From positions 208,748 to 272,747 of the forward strand of contig OY970175.1 of assembly GCA_963707865.1 (NCBI GenBank): DNA of 64,000 nt, written 5' to 3'. This DNA comes from an uncultured bacterium (GTDB lineage Bacteria; Patescibacteriota; Minisyncoccia; UBA6257; 2-01-FULL-56-20). The notes below the pieces were generated by a model. That model saw only the letters and a list, made by a program, of their open reading frames with translations. It was not told the DNA's origin and made no database searches. The translations under genes and the position numbers were made by a program. Of the stretch, positions 24,660-35,200 are shown piece after piece. The first letter of the stretch is position 1, and every line of letters begins with the position of its first letter.

Positions 24660-25538
24660 TTAACTATACTTTTCTATTTTTTTAAGATCTTTTTCTCGAT
24701 TTTGTGCAATCAAAATCTCTTTTAGTGTTGCGTTAAAGTTATCAAATAGGTTATTTTGAGTTAGTATTTCATTTTTATTTTTTTCGTTAGCAGTTATTAT
24801 TACTTCACCGTTTGGTCTAACGATTATTTCCGGGTTGACAGTGTCGTTTGCTTCGCGGGTAACTTTTATTTTTCCTGAAAATTTTTTCTTTAGTTTATCT
24901 ACTTTTTCATTAAAGTCAGATGTTTCAATTAGCATTGTATCTAAGATGGGATCGCTTTCTCCCTTTCCCAATCTTCGAATTTGGTATAGTTTCCAGATAC
25001 TTTCGTTTTCTCTTATTCTTTTTTCATAGTTTAGTTTTAGCAAGAGGTTTCCTATGTTTTCCAAGTCATCAAAGTTTTGTTTAAATACGCAGGTCCCGAT
25101 TTTTAGTTTTATTTGAGGATATTTTTCAAGTATGTACTTTATTGAACTTATTGATCTTTCAAATCCTCTTTTGCCACGCCGGAAATCTATTTCTGGGCTT
25201 GATGCTTCAAGTGAGATCGCGATTGTGTTTAGGTATAGAGCTACCTTCGGCATTAGTTTAATCAGATTCGCGCCGTTTGTTTGCAAAACAATGTCTAAGC
25301 CCAGTTCTTTTTTGGCATATTTTATGAATTCGTATATTTTTGGGACCAAGGTAGGTTCTCCTCCAGTTAGTATTATTTTGGTGAGTCCAAATAATCTTAG
25401 TTTTTTTATAGCCTGTTTAAAATCATTTAGAGGTCTGTTTTCGATTTCTATTGGTGGCCCCCAACAGCCTGGGCAGTTTGCATCGCAACTACTTGTTACC
25501 TCTAAGTGAACGACAGGAGTTATAGTTAATTTTTGCAT
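24660..25538 (-). CDS. Radical SAM enzyme (no obvious SPASM domain)
   Basis: 'CDANCPGCW' CxxxCxxC; 'TGGEPTL'. Confidence 0.8.
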   Translation of the reverse strand: MQKLTITPVVHLEVTSSCDANCPGCWGPPIEIENRPLNDFKQAIKKLRLFGLTKIILTGGEPTLVPKIYEFIKYAKKELGLDIVLQTNGANLIKLMPKVALYLNTIAISLEASSPEIDFRRGKRGFERSISSIKYILEKYPQIKLKIGTCVFKQNFDDLENIGNLLLKLNYEKRIRENESIWKLYQIRRLGKGESDPILDTMLIETSDFNEKVDKLKKKFSGKIKVTREANDTVNPEIIVRPNGEVIITANEKNKNEILTQNNLFDNFNATLKEILIAQNREKDLKKIEKYS

Positions 25539-25578
25539 AAATAATTAGTAAATTTATAAATATTTAATTTTGTTGGTT

Positions 25579-26247
25579 TCATTTGCAATATTTTTTTGAG
25601 TAATTGTTTATTTTTTTTAAAATGTCTGGGTTTATTGTATAGTGTTGAGCATATTTTTGAATTAGACGGCGGGAGTTTGTAATTGAGTAGAAAGGTATCT
25701 TAAAATCTTCGCGTATTGATTTTTCAACTGTTTTTCCGTCACTCCTTGTTTCTAATCGGTTGGTGATTGAAATAACTGCTTGAATTTTTACGTTGAGTTT
25801 TAGCAATAGTTTTATGCACTTTCTTAAAGAATTCCCCGTTGTTACATCATCTTCGATTAAAACAAATTTTAGATTTTTCGGTACTGGCGTTACTGAGTAG
25901 TGCGTTTCTTTTGCTTGATATTTTTTCGGGTGTGATCGAAGTACTATTTGTGGAACTGTTGAAGGTTTTTTGTAATTTATTAGTGTATTTAAAACAATAG
26001 CTATTGGTGTTCCGGTTTCGGGGACCCCTAAGTAAGCATCTGGCTTTAAATTATTCTTTTTTGTGTAGGCATAGATATGCCTACACAATTTTTTCAAAGA
26101 TTCGGAGTTTTTCATGCTGTTTCTGATGTCCACATCATAATAGCTGATTCTTCCAGACTTAAGTTTGATTGGTTTTTTATTTATTATTAAGCAATCGTTA
26201 TCTAAGAGAAACTTTTCAAATTTTTCTAGTTCGAACATAATTACCAT
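25579..26247 (-). CDS. Type I phosphoribosyltransferase, orotate-PRTase (PyrE)-like paralog
   Basis: 'LKSGRISYYDVD' (compare chromosomal PyrE 'LVSGRFSPWYANW') and PRPP-binding 'VLIEDDVTTGNSL'. Confidence 0.7.
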   Translation of the reverse strand: MVIMFELEKFEKFLLDNDCLIINKKPIKLKSGRISYYDVDIRNSMKNSESLKKLCRHIYAYTKKNNLKPDAYLGVPETGTPIAIVLNTLINYKKPSTVPQIVLRSHPKKYQAKETHYSVTPVPKNLKFVLIEDDVTTGNSLRKCIKLLLKLNVKIQAVISITNRLETRSDGKTVEKSIREDFKIPFYSITNSRRLIQKYAQHYTINPDILKKINNYSKKYCK

Positions 26248-26750
26248 TTATGAATGATTGTAAGGGAATTTACCTTTATTTATTGATAGATGTTTTGCAA
26301 GATATCTGATTGCTTTATGGAACTTCTGTAATATTACAATTTTATATTATCTTTTTATTTTTGTCAAATTAAAATTCAGCTCAACCTAAGGTTTTAAAAT
26401 TTTACTGAACATACTACCGCCTGGAAGGCGGCAGGTTCACCGAGCGGCCGTCAATTTGAAATTGACTGTTGTCTTCCACCGGTTCGCCCTCTTGCTCCTT
26501 GATGTAGTCCCTGTCGAAAGATGTTTCTGAAGAGAAGGTGAGTAAAACAATAACGAAATCGATTGGGCCACTATTAATCGAAGGGCCAGTGCTTTTCGAC
26601 CGCTTTCCGAAGAATGTCGCGTGTCTCTTGCCTTCCGCCAAGTTTTTCAATCTTATGAGAGAACCCTCTCCGATGAAGAAGTGAACGGAATAATGAACGA
26701 AGTAATTGCAGCGCTGGAAGGAAAGGGGTAGGAGGTGAGAAAGTAGCCAA

Positions 26751-26993
26751 TCACCCTTTAATTTCTATGGCTCTTCTTGGGCAGCTTCTCTCTGCCATCT
26801 TTAGACAGACCATAAACTTTTTGTTTGATGTGAGTGCGGGAGGCACGGTTCTACGAACCTTAATTCCATTTTCGCCATAGGAAAAGACTTCGGGGCATAT
26901 GCTTACGCACGTACCGCACTGAGCGCACTTGCGTTTGTGATAGACAATTTTCATTTGCTGTTGGCTTTGTTGCTTCTCGCCTGATAACGACAT
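26751..26993 (-). CDS. Single-cluster 4Fe-4S ferredoxin
   Basis: 'CAQCGTCVSICP' ... 'CP'; true start may be internal Met (MKIVYHKRKC). Confidence 0.65.
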   Translation of the reverse strand: MSLSGEKQQSQQQMKIVYHKRKCAQCGTCVSICPEVFSYGENGIKVRRTVPPALTSNKKFMVCLKMAERSCPRRAIEIKG

Positions 26994-27052
26994 TTTAAAA
27001 TGGAATCGTGCTATTGTATAGGATGAAAATAGTTCAACGCATGGCTGGCATG

Positions 27053-27970
27053 TTAAAGCACCGAGCGGAGAAGCGCCATCCGGACGTAGACGCCGTTCTT
27101 GGTCTGCCGGAAGTATGCCGCCCGCACGTCGTCATCCACTTCCTTTGCGATCTCATTCACGCGGGGCAGGGGATGCACGATGATGGCCTCCTTCTTTAGT
27201 ACGCGAAGCACTCCGCTGTCTATCGTGTATGAATCTTTTACCTTGTTATATTCTGCTTCCGATTGGAACCGTTCTTTTTGCACCCGCGTGACCGAAAGCA
27301 CATCGGTCTTCCCCGCGATTGTTTTGATATCCGCTGATTCCTCCAGTGGGATATTGTGCTCTTTGAGATATGCGACATATTCGTCGGGAAGCCGCAACTG
27401 CGGCGGCGTGACGCAATACACGCGCACGTTGCGGAAAAGGGGAAGAAGAAACGCGGTGGAGTGAACCGTGCGGCTGTAGCGCAGGTCGCCGACGAAGGTG
27501 ATCACAAGGTCATCCAATCTTCCGAGTTCCTTCTGGATGGTGTAGAGATCAAGGAGCGCCTGCGTGGGGTGTTCCTTGCTGCCATCGCCCGCGTTTATGA
27601 CAGGCACGGGTGAGGTGGATGCCATCCGTTCTGCGGCGCCCGCTTCGGGATGGCGAACGATGATTACGTTTGCATAGCCGCCGACCACGTGCGCCGTATC
27701 CTCCAGTGTTTCGCCTTTCTTCGCGGAAGAGAATTCCCCGGCGCTTTCGGCGGAGATGACATTGCCGCCGAGCTTGTACATCGCGGTTTCAAACGAGAAC
27801 CGAGTGCGCGTGCTCGGTTCGTAGAATATAGTAGCTGCAATCTTTCCGGCACATTCCGCAGAGAGCTTCCCTTCCTTGTCCCGCCCTTCCATTTCTCCCG
27901 CGGTCCGGAAGAGCTCTTCAAGAAGCGGTCGATCAAGGAATTGTTTTGCGCTTAAAATGTGCTTCATCAA
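27053..27970 (-). CDS. pyrB: Aspartate carbamoyltransferase catalytic subunit
   Basis: 'STRTRFSFE', 'HPTQALLDLYT', 'HPLPRVNEI'. Confidence 0.9.
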   Translation of the reverse strand: MMKHILSAKQFLDRPLLEELFRTAGEMEGRDKEGKLSAECAGKIAATIFYEPSTRTRFSFETAMYKLGGNVISAESAGEFSSAKKGETLEDTAHVVGGYANVIIVRHPEAGAAERMASTSPVPVINAGDGSKEHPTQALLDLYTIQKELGRLDDLVITFVGDLRYSRTVHSTAFLLPLFRNVRVYCVTPPQLRLPDEYVAYLKEHNIPLEESADIKTIAGKTDVLSVTRVQKERFQSEAEYNKVKDSYTIDSGVLRVLKKEAIIVHPLPRVNEIAKEVDDDVRAAYFRQTKNGVYVRMALLRSVL

Positions 27971-29223
27971 GAATTATTATATACCTTTCCGCCGACGATG
28001 TTGTGGATGACGCTGCCCGGGAACCTCATGCCCTCAAACGGCGACCAGCCGCACTTTGTTTTTAGATCTTCCTGTCGGACCGTCATGGGGAGGTCCGGAT
28101 TTATAATGGTGAATGAACCATAGTAGCCCTCCGCGATCACACCGAATCCCTTTCCATATTTTTTCGGGAGGTAGGGATTTACGAAATTGCCCGGGTTGAA
28201 CGCGGAAACGCGGGCGATGTCCTGTGGTGTGAATTTGTGCTCGCGCATGAGCCACGCCGTGAAGGGACCGTAGGTATCAAGATGCGGCATGCCGGAAGTG
28301 CCTTTCATTTTTTCTTCTTTTGTGTGCGGCGCATGATCGGTTGCAAGAAAATCAATGCCGCCCGTGCGCAGAAGCTCAATGAGCGCGTTTCGATCTGCGG
28401 GATTCGTACGCAGGGCCGGGTTTACCTGGAGCCAACGCCGCTTCTCGTCGCTCACCGACGCAGCGTCAAAATAAAGATGGTGCGGCGCGATCTCGCAGGT
28501 TACCGACACGCCGCGCTGTTTCGCCTCAATGATCTTCCGCACGGCGGAAAGCGTGGATGCATGGCATATTTTCCCCGCAAGATCGTATTTTTGAATGAGG
28601 GCGAGCGCAAAATCAACGGCGATGATTTCTGCCTCGGGCGAGCGGCGCAGTTCGTGCGTCGATTCGTGTTCGTGCGCCTTGAGCGCCGCGGGATCTTCGC
28701 AGTGGAAGCTAATATTTTGGCCGCGATAGTGCGCGAGGGACGCCTCCAACTCCTCTTGTGACGTAAAAAAGAGATCTCCCACCGACGGTCCCATGAAGAC
28801 CTTGTAGGGGACAGGGAACGAGAGCGGTTTTGTCTTTGGTCCAATGCCACCGTAGAGGACGACGGGCACAAGCGATCGCCCGGCAATCTTTTCCTTTTCG
28901 CGGTAACGTTCATCCGTTACGGGCGCCACGGGATTGTTCGGCATTTCGGCGAAGAACGTAACGCCGCCACGGATCGCCGCCTCTGATGCCGTTCGGAAGG
29001 TCTCTTTGTATGATTGCGTGCCGCCCGCGTCCTCGCGCGCATGCACGTGGATGTCGCCGAAGCCGGGGAAAATGAGGCAGCCCGTGGTGTCTATTTCCGA
29101 TTTTGATGGGCCCCGTGCACGGCTCACGTGCTCTATCAATCCTGTTGCGCGGTTCACGTCCACCCGCCCATCAAATTCTCCGTCGTGATTAATGAATTTT
29201 CCGTCCAAAACAAGCGCGTTCAT
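27967..29223 (-). CDS. pyrC: Dihydroorotase
   Basis: 'DIHVHAREDAGG', 'DHAPH'; overlaps pyrB by 4 nt. Confidence 0.9.
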   Translation of the reverse strand: MNALVLDGKFINHDGEFDGRVDVNRATGLIEHVSRARGPSKSEIDTTGCLIFPGFGDIHVHAREDAGGTQSYKETFRTASEAAIRGGVTFFAEMPNNPVAPVTDERYREKEKIAGRSLVPVVLYGGIGPKTKPLSFPVPYKVFMGPSVGDLFFTSQEELEASLAHYRGQNISFHCEDPAALKAHEHESTHELRRSPEAEIIAVDFALALIQKYDLAGKICHASTLSAVRKIIEAKQRGVSVTCEIAPHHLYFDAASVSDEKRRWLQVNPALRTNPADRNALIELLRTGGIDFLATDHAPHTKEEKMKGTSGMPHLDTYGPFTAWLMREHKFTPQDIARVSAFNPGNFVNPYLPKKYGKGFGVIAEGYYGSFTIINPDLPMTVRQEDLKTKCGWSPFEGMRFPGSVIHNIVGGKVYNNS

Positions 29224-30305
29224 TTGTTTTTTATGCCGACCGCTTCTTTGATAGACGAAAGGCCGTCCCGTTCAAGAAGTTTCACAAGGCCTTTTTTGAT
29301 TTTCTTTACAAGCCCCGGTCCTTCATAAACAAGGCCGGTATAGAGTTCCACAAGCGAGGCTCCCGCCTGTATTTTCTCATACGCATCCTCTGCCGAAAAG
29401 ATGCCGCCCACGCCCACGAGCGGAATGGTTCCGTGAGATCTTTTATAAAGATAGCGGATGATCTCGTTCGCGCGCTCCTGGAGGGGGCGCCCGCTTAATC
29501 CGCCGGCACCAAGGGCAGCCACTGCTGCCTCCGGGGTTCCAAGATTGACGCGGGCAACTGTCGTATTTGTCGCGATGATGCCGCTCGTGCCGGTTTCGCG
29601 GACGATGTCCACAACGTCGTCCAGCTGCCCCTCCGTGAGATCAGGCGCAATCTTCAAAAGGATCGGTTTTTGATTTTTCGCATCGCGGTTAAGTTTTTGC
29701 AGTACTTTCAAAAGTTTCATAAGGGCATCTTTTTCCTGCAATGCGCGAAGGCCCGGCGTATTGGGGGAGCTGACATTCACTGCGATGTAGTCGGCGAGGG
29801 GGGAAAGTGCGCGGAAGCATGTTTCGTAATCATCCACTGCGTTTTCGTTTGGCGTGACTTTGTTTTTGCCGATGTTCACACCAAGCACGCAGTCCCGTTT
29901 TCCCGCGCATGCCATAAGATTGTTTTTCGCCGTCTCAACGCCGTTCCCATTGAATCCCATCCGGTTGATGATCGCCCCATCTTTGGGAAGACGGAAAAGG
30001 CGCGGCTTGGGATTGCCCGCTTGGGGCCGCGGCGTGATGGTACCTACTTCAACGAATCCAAAGCCGAGCGCGGAGAGTGCGGGAACGATCTCGGCATTCT
30101 TGTCAAACCCTGCGGCAAGGCCGACGGGATTTTTGAACGAGAGACCAAAAACGTTCATACGGAGCCGCTCGTCCTCAAATGCGTAGAGAGACCTCAAAAT
30201 TTCGCGAAAAGGGGAATATCCGAAACCTCTTCCGAGTGCGTGGGCCCTCATATGCGACACTTCGGCATCCGGCAGAAAAAGGAATGGCCTCACGAGCTTA
30301 TACAT
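29220..30305 (-). CDS. pyrD: Dihydroorotate dehydrogenase
   Basis: 'GFDKNAEIVPALSALGFGFVEVGTITPRPQAGNPKPRLFRL'; FMN-binding C-terminus. Confidence 0.9.
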   Translation of the reverse strand: MYKLVRPFLFLPDAEVSHMRAHALGRGFGYSPFREILRSLYAFEDERLRMNVFGLSFKNPVGLAAGFDKNAEIVPALSALGFGFVEVGTITPRPQAGNPKPRLFRLPKDGAIINRMGFNGNGVETAKNNLMACAGKRDCVLGVNIGKNKVTPNENAVDDYETCFRALSPLADYIAVNVSSPNTPGLRALQEKDALMKLLKVLQKLNRDAKNQKPILLKIAPDLTEGQLDDVVDIVRETGTSGIIATNTTVARVNLGTPEAAVAALGAGGLSGRPLQERANEIIRYLYKRSHGTIPLVGVGGIFSAEDAYEKIQAGASLVELYTGLVYEGPGLVKKIKKGLVKLLERDGLSSIKEAVGIKNK

Positions 30306-30319
30306 GGGACAAGTGGATG

Positions 30320-31117
30320 TTATCGGAACGCATTGATGGCGTCCTTTAATTGCTTAGTTTCCCGTGCGGGATCTTTTGCAAAGATGATACCGCGGGAGGA
30401 GTTCACGATCATGCCTTTCTTCTTGGTGTTCAAGCCCGCCCTTACCATCTTTTCAATATCGCCGCCCTGGGGGCCCACGCCGGGCACGAGGAAGGTCATA
30501 TCTCCCATTAGCTTTCGGAGTGCCGCCATCTCTTCCGGATATGTCGCGCCCACGACGAGCAGGCAATTCCCGCTTTCGTTCCATTCGTCCCGTACCTTTT
30601 CCGCGATGATTTGCCACAACGGTTTCCCACCGATTGTGAGGTCCTGCACCTCGCGCGCCCCGGGGTTGGAAGTGCGGCAAAGGATAATGCACCCTTTGTC
30701 TTTTCGCTTAAGAAATGGCGCGAGCGGTTCCTTTCCGAGATAAGGAGAGAGCGTAACGGCATCAAAGCCGAACCAGTCAAAGAGCTCCCTTGCATACTGT
30801 TCGTTCGTGTTTACGGTGTCTCCGCGCTTGGCGTCGCAAATGGTCACGATATCAGGATAGTTTTTTTGTATATATTCCATGGTGAGCTTCAGTTCGCTCA
30901 TTCCCTCCTCGCCGCGAGATTCGTAAAATGCGATGTTCGGTTTGTAGGCGGCAACGTCCTGATGGGTAAGGTCAATAATATATTTGTTGAACGCAAACTG
31001 CGGGAATTTTTCCTTGTGGAAGGAGGCAGGGATCTGCTCAAAATCGGAATCCAACCCGACGCAGACAAGCGATTGCGCCGCGTCCGCGCGAAGGTTGTAC
31101 TTTTGAACCATATTCAT
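30320..31117 (-). CDS. pyrF: Orotidine 5'-phosphate decarboxylase (long, type 2 form)
   Basis: 'ICDAKRGD' and overall ODCase fold length. Confidence 0.85.
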   Translation of the reverse strand: MNMVQKYNLRADAAQSLVCVGLDSDFEQIPASFHKEKFPQFAFNKYIIDLTHQDVAAYKPNIAFYESRGEEGMSELKLTMEYIQKNYPDIVTICDAKRGDTVNTNEQYARELFDWFGFDAVTLSPYLGKEPLAPFLKRKDKGCIILCRTSNPGAREVQDLTIGGKPLWQIIAEKVRDEWNESGNCLLVVGATYPEEMAALRKLMGDMTFLVPGVGPQGGDIEKMVRAGLNTKKKGMIVNSSRGIIFAKDPARETKQLKDAINAFR

Positions 31118-31129
31118 GGAGTTGAGCGG

Positions 31130-31822
31130 TTAAAATTTCAGCGGCTGCTCGCCATATTTTTCAAATGCATTTTCCAGTTCCTTTTTTATAAAATCGCTCG
31201 GCTGGAGTTTGCGGAGCAGCTTGGGCAAAAACGCTTTTGCGTCCGTAAGGGCGTAATAGGGAATATTTTTTTCTTTGAGCGCCTGGGCGACCGTGGCGCC
31301 GTCGTCGCGCTTTTCGTTGCGGTGGGTAAGTGCGATGGCGGCGACAATGTTTACTTTTGCCTCAAGCAGGTCGTCCGCGGTTTTGAGCAGCGAGCCGCCA
31401 GTGGTGACGGCATCCTCCAAAACAATAGTTTTCCCCGAGGGAACGCCGACAAAGTGCCGGTCCTTGACTTCGCCGTGATCCTTCGGCTTGCCGCGGCCCA
31501 TTGCAAGCGGATACGACCGGGTTTTGTAATCCGGTTGCCCTTTCGCCCATTTGTATTGCGTGAGGACCCCGAGCTTCGTCGCGCCCTCCGGGACTCCGTA
31601 AAAACAATCGGGCGAGAGTCCCAAATCTTCCACAAAAGCGATCACGTAATCGGTGAGCTCGTCCATGGAGCGCACATCTCCGGCGACCGTCCGCCAGTTT
31701 GCATACCACGGAGAAAACCGCCCTGATACCAATTTGATCGGTGTCTCGTAAAATCCAGCCACGTCGTGCTCTAACATGAAGGCTTCAAACGCTTGTTGGT
31801 CAAAGTTGCGTCCACGGTCCAT
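31130..31822 (-). CDS. pyrE: Orotate phosphoribosyltransferase
   Basis: 'LVSGRFSPWY', 'IVLEDAVTTGGSL'; start at 'MDRGRNF' (ORF track extends to 31972). Confidence 0.85.
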   Translation of the reverse strand: MDRGRNFDQQAFEAFMLEHDVAGFYETPIKLVSGRFSPWYANWRTVAGDVRSMDELTDYVIAFVEDLGLSPDCFYGVPEGATKLGVLTQYKWAKGQPDYKTRSYPLAMGRGKPKDHGEVKDRHFVGVPSGKTIVLEDAVTTGGSLLKTADDLLEAKVNIVAAIALTHRNEKRDDGATVAQALKEKNIPYYALTDAKAFLPKLLRKLQPSDFIKKELENAFEKYGEQPLKF

Positions 31823-32220
31823 TGAACTAAGTATACAAAACTGGCGTAATTGCAAAAAGTTAGCACCAGGTGTAGTTTGCTTACAGGGGGTGTGCCATGA
31901 CAAGAGAAGAACGGAAAAAAGAGCAGCAAGTTGAGGCAAGGTTGCGGGAGCAACGCAGGGTAATGGAAGCATATTCTCAAGCAGTGGCCAATGGGGATTT
32001 CGCGAAAACCAAAGAGCTTGTTACGAAAGGTCTTGGGATAGGAATTTCACTTGGGCGTCTCCGATGAGATCTCAAGACTTTTACCTCGCCTTGGAATGCT
32101 CCCGAGTGGAAGGGCGGGCAATGGATATTTTCTCCACCTGCACCGCCCTCCAAACCTGAATTCACAAACACGTTGCGGATTGAGGTTTGGAAAGAATCGC
32201 ACAGAGAGAGTCGTCTTGGC

Positions 32221-35200
32221 TTATTTCTGTTTTCTCGTCCCAAGATACTCCTGCCAGGAGCGGATTGCGATGTCGCGGAGGCCGTAGGTCACACGGGCGC
32301 GAACAAAAGCTCTCGCAAGCTGGAGGTCGGTGAAGAGAGGAATATTGGTGTCCACGGCGGCGCGGCGGATGAGGTAGCCGTCGGTCCGCCGCAGGCGCGA
32401 TTCCTTGGAGTGATTTTCGTGATTGCTCACATTTACGACAAAAGCAATCTTTTTTTTCTGGATAAGTGCGAGCGCGTTCGGACTTTTCCCTTCGCTTACC
32501 TTATATATCCGCGTCGCACGGATGCCGCGATGATTGAGAAACTCGGTGGTGCCCTGGGTGGCATACAGGGTGAAACCATTTGTGGCGAGGGCCTTTGCCG
32601 ATTCCAGAAACTCCCTCTTATTGGACCCTCCGCCGAGCGAGACGAACGCGCTTTCCGCTTCGCTCAAGGGCATGCTCGCCGCGACGGAGGTAAGCAGCGC
32701 CTCTTCGAGATCGCGACCGAAGCAGGCAACCTCGCCAGTGGAGGCCATTTCCACATGGAGGACCGGGTCGGAACCCGGGAGACGGCCAAAGGAAAACTGC
32801 GGCGACTTTACGACTGCGTATTTGGGATAGTGAAGAGTGATGCTACGCGCATGCCCGTAGAATGCGTCCACGATCATGTCGGCAAAATTCACGCCGCTTG
32901 CTTTGCTGATGAAGGGAAACGTGCGGGATGCCCGTGCGTTGAGCTCTATCACGTATACTTTATTGTCTTTCACGAGACATTGCAGGTTGAAGGGGCCGGT
33001 GATGCGGAGCGCGCGGGCGAGTTTTACGGAAACGGTTTGGATCTCATTCGCGGTCTTTGCGTACACCTTCTGCGGCGGATAGACGATGGTGGCGTCGCCG
33101 GAGTGGACGCCCGCGTTCTCAATATGCTCGGCGATCGCGGAAACTTTGATAATTCCGTTCTGCGCGACCGCATCAAATTCTATTTCTTTTGCGCCGAGGA
33201 TGAATTTGGAGATTGTCACCGGGTGGTCATGGTTCAAAAGGATTGCGCGTTCCACGAATTGCTTGAGCTCCGCCGCGTCGGCACACACGCGCATGGCGCT
33301 TCCCGAGAGCACGTACGAGGGCCGGACAAGCACGGGATAGCCGACTTTCTCAGCGAAATGCGCGGCAGCTTTCACGGTAGTGAAGGTGTCCCACTCCGGC
33401 TGGGCGATTTTTAGCGAATCAAGCAGCGCCGAGAATTTGCTGCGATCTTCGGCGCGATCAATATCATGCGGGTTGGTGCCCATGATTGGCACATGGAGCG
33501 CCGATAATTTCTGAACAATATTATTAGGCGCCTGGCCGCCGACCGAAACCACGACCCCCGCCGCACGTTCAAATTCGTAAATGTCTGCAACCGATTCCAA
33601 GCTCACGTTTTCAAAATAGAGACGGTCGGAAATGTCGTAATCAGTGGAGACCGTCTCGGGATTGCAGTTTACGATCACTGCCCGCTTATCGTGTTTTTTG
33701 AGTGCGAGGGCAGTGTGCACTGCCGACCAGTCAAACTCTACCGAGGAGCCGATGTGATAAGGCCCCGAGCCAAGTACCATAACGCTCTTTTTGCCGAGTG
33801 GTGCGACGTCGTTGTGAAAACCATTATAAGTGAGATAGAGGTAGTTCGTCCGCGCGGGAACTTCGCCCGCGAGCGTGTCAATCTGAAACACCGACGGCAC
33901 GACGCGGAACCTTTTTCTCACCGCGCGGATCTGCATTTCGGCAGCTCCGCGAAGGTGGCCGATGCGCGAGTCGGAAAAGCCGAACTGTTTCGCGCGGAGA
34001 AGCTTGTCCTTCGTGAGCCCTCCGCCTTTTATTTCCTTTTCCGTCCGGACGATGTTCTGAATGCGATAAAGGAACCAGGGATCAATGCCCGTCAATTGGT
34101 AAATAGTTTTCGGTGAGATCCCGGCGCGAAGTCCCGCTGCGATCGCAAAGAGCCGGTGGGGGGTAGGTATCTTAAGGCGCCGCACGAGAGGGACGCTTGC
34201 TTCGCCCGGCACTTCGTCCGTCACGCCTTGGAGGTGAAGGTGGAGCATGCGGACTGCTTTTTGAATAGCCTCCTCAAATGTCCGCCCGATCGCCATCACT
34301 TCGCCCACCGATTTCATGGCACTCGTGATGGTCTCCTCGGCGCGCGCGAACTTGCTTATGTCCCAGCGGGGGATCTTCACGACCACATAGTCCAGCGCCG
34401 GTTCAAAGAACGACTGCGTCACTTTCGTGATCTGGTTCGGTATGTTGTGAAGAGCGTGGCCCAGGGCGAGCTTCGCCGCAACGTAGGCGAGGGGATAGCC
34501 GGTCGCCTTTGAGGCAAGCGCGGAAGACCGCGAGAGCCGCGCATTCACTTCAATCACATAGTAATCAAGCGATCCGTTCTTTGGTTTTGGATTCAGCGCA
34601 AACTGGACGTTGCACTCGCCGACGATCCCCAGGCTTTTCACGATTTTGATTGATGCCGCGCGCAGCTCGTGATACTCGGTGTTCGTAAGCGTCTGGCTCG
34701 GTGCGATGACGATGGAATCGCCGGTATGGATGCCCAAAGGATCCATGTTTTCCATATTGCAGACCGTAACGCAGTTATCATATTTGTCGCGCACCACTTC
34801 GTATTCAATTTCTTTATAATGATGCAGATATTTTTCAACCAGCACCTGCGGTGAGAGGGCAAGCGCTCCCGAAACAATGGTGCGGAGTTCTCGGCTGTTT
34901 TTTGCGACGCCGGACTTCTGTCCTCCGAGCGCGAAGGCTGCTCGCACCATAACCGGGAAGCCGACGGCTTTCGCGATATTTTCCGCTTCGCGGATACTCG
35001 TCGCTGCGCCTGAAGGTGGCACGGGGATGTTTATCCTTTTTAAATGATCGGCAAACTTTTTTCGGTCTTCCGTAAGGATGATGCTTTTAAGGGGCGAGCC
35101 CAGCACTTCAATGCCGTATTTTTTGAGGATGCCGCGCTCGCCAAGGCGCACGCCGCAGTTCAGGGCCGTTTGCCCGCCAAATGCGAGCGCGATGCCTTGC

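Larger units (their letters stand above)
19270..26410. other. ~7.1-kb AT-rich genomic island (compositionally foreign relative to flanks) encoding radical SAM enzymes, ArgRS, PRTase and cupin
   Basis: Sharp drop in GC (flanks GC-rich, island roughly 30-35% by eye); A/T-rich codon usage; left edge at truncated ABC gene; right edge near hairpin 26413..26435. Confidence 0.75.

Noticed and set aside
19799-26247. Possibility that island genes use an alternative genetic code (UGA recoding as in some candidate phyla)
   Set aside because: All island ORFs are complete and motif-intact under the standard code. No in-frame TGA interruptions were noticed.
26414-26650. 78-aa minus-strand ORF at the right island border
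   Set aside because: No recognisable motifs. It may be a remnant truncated by the island insertion or a spurious ORF. Not called as a gene.
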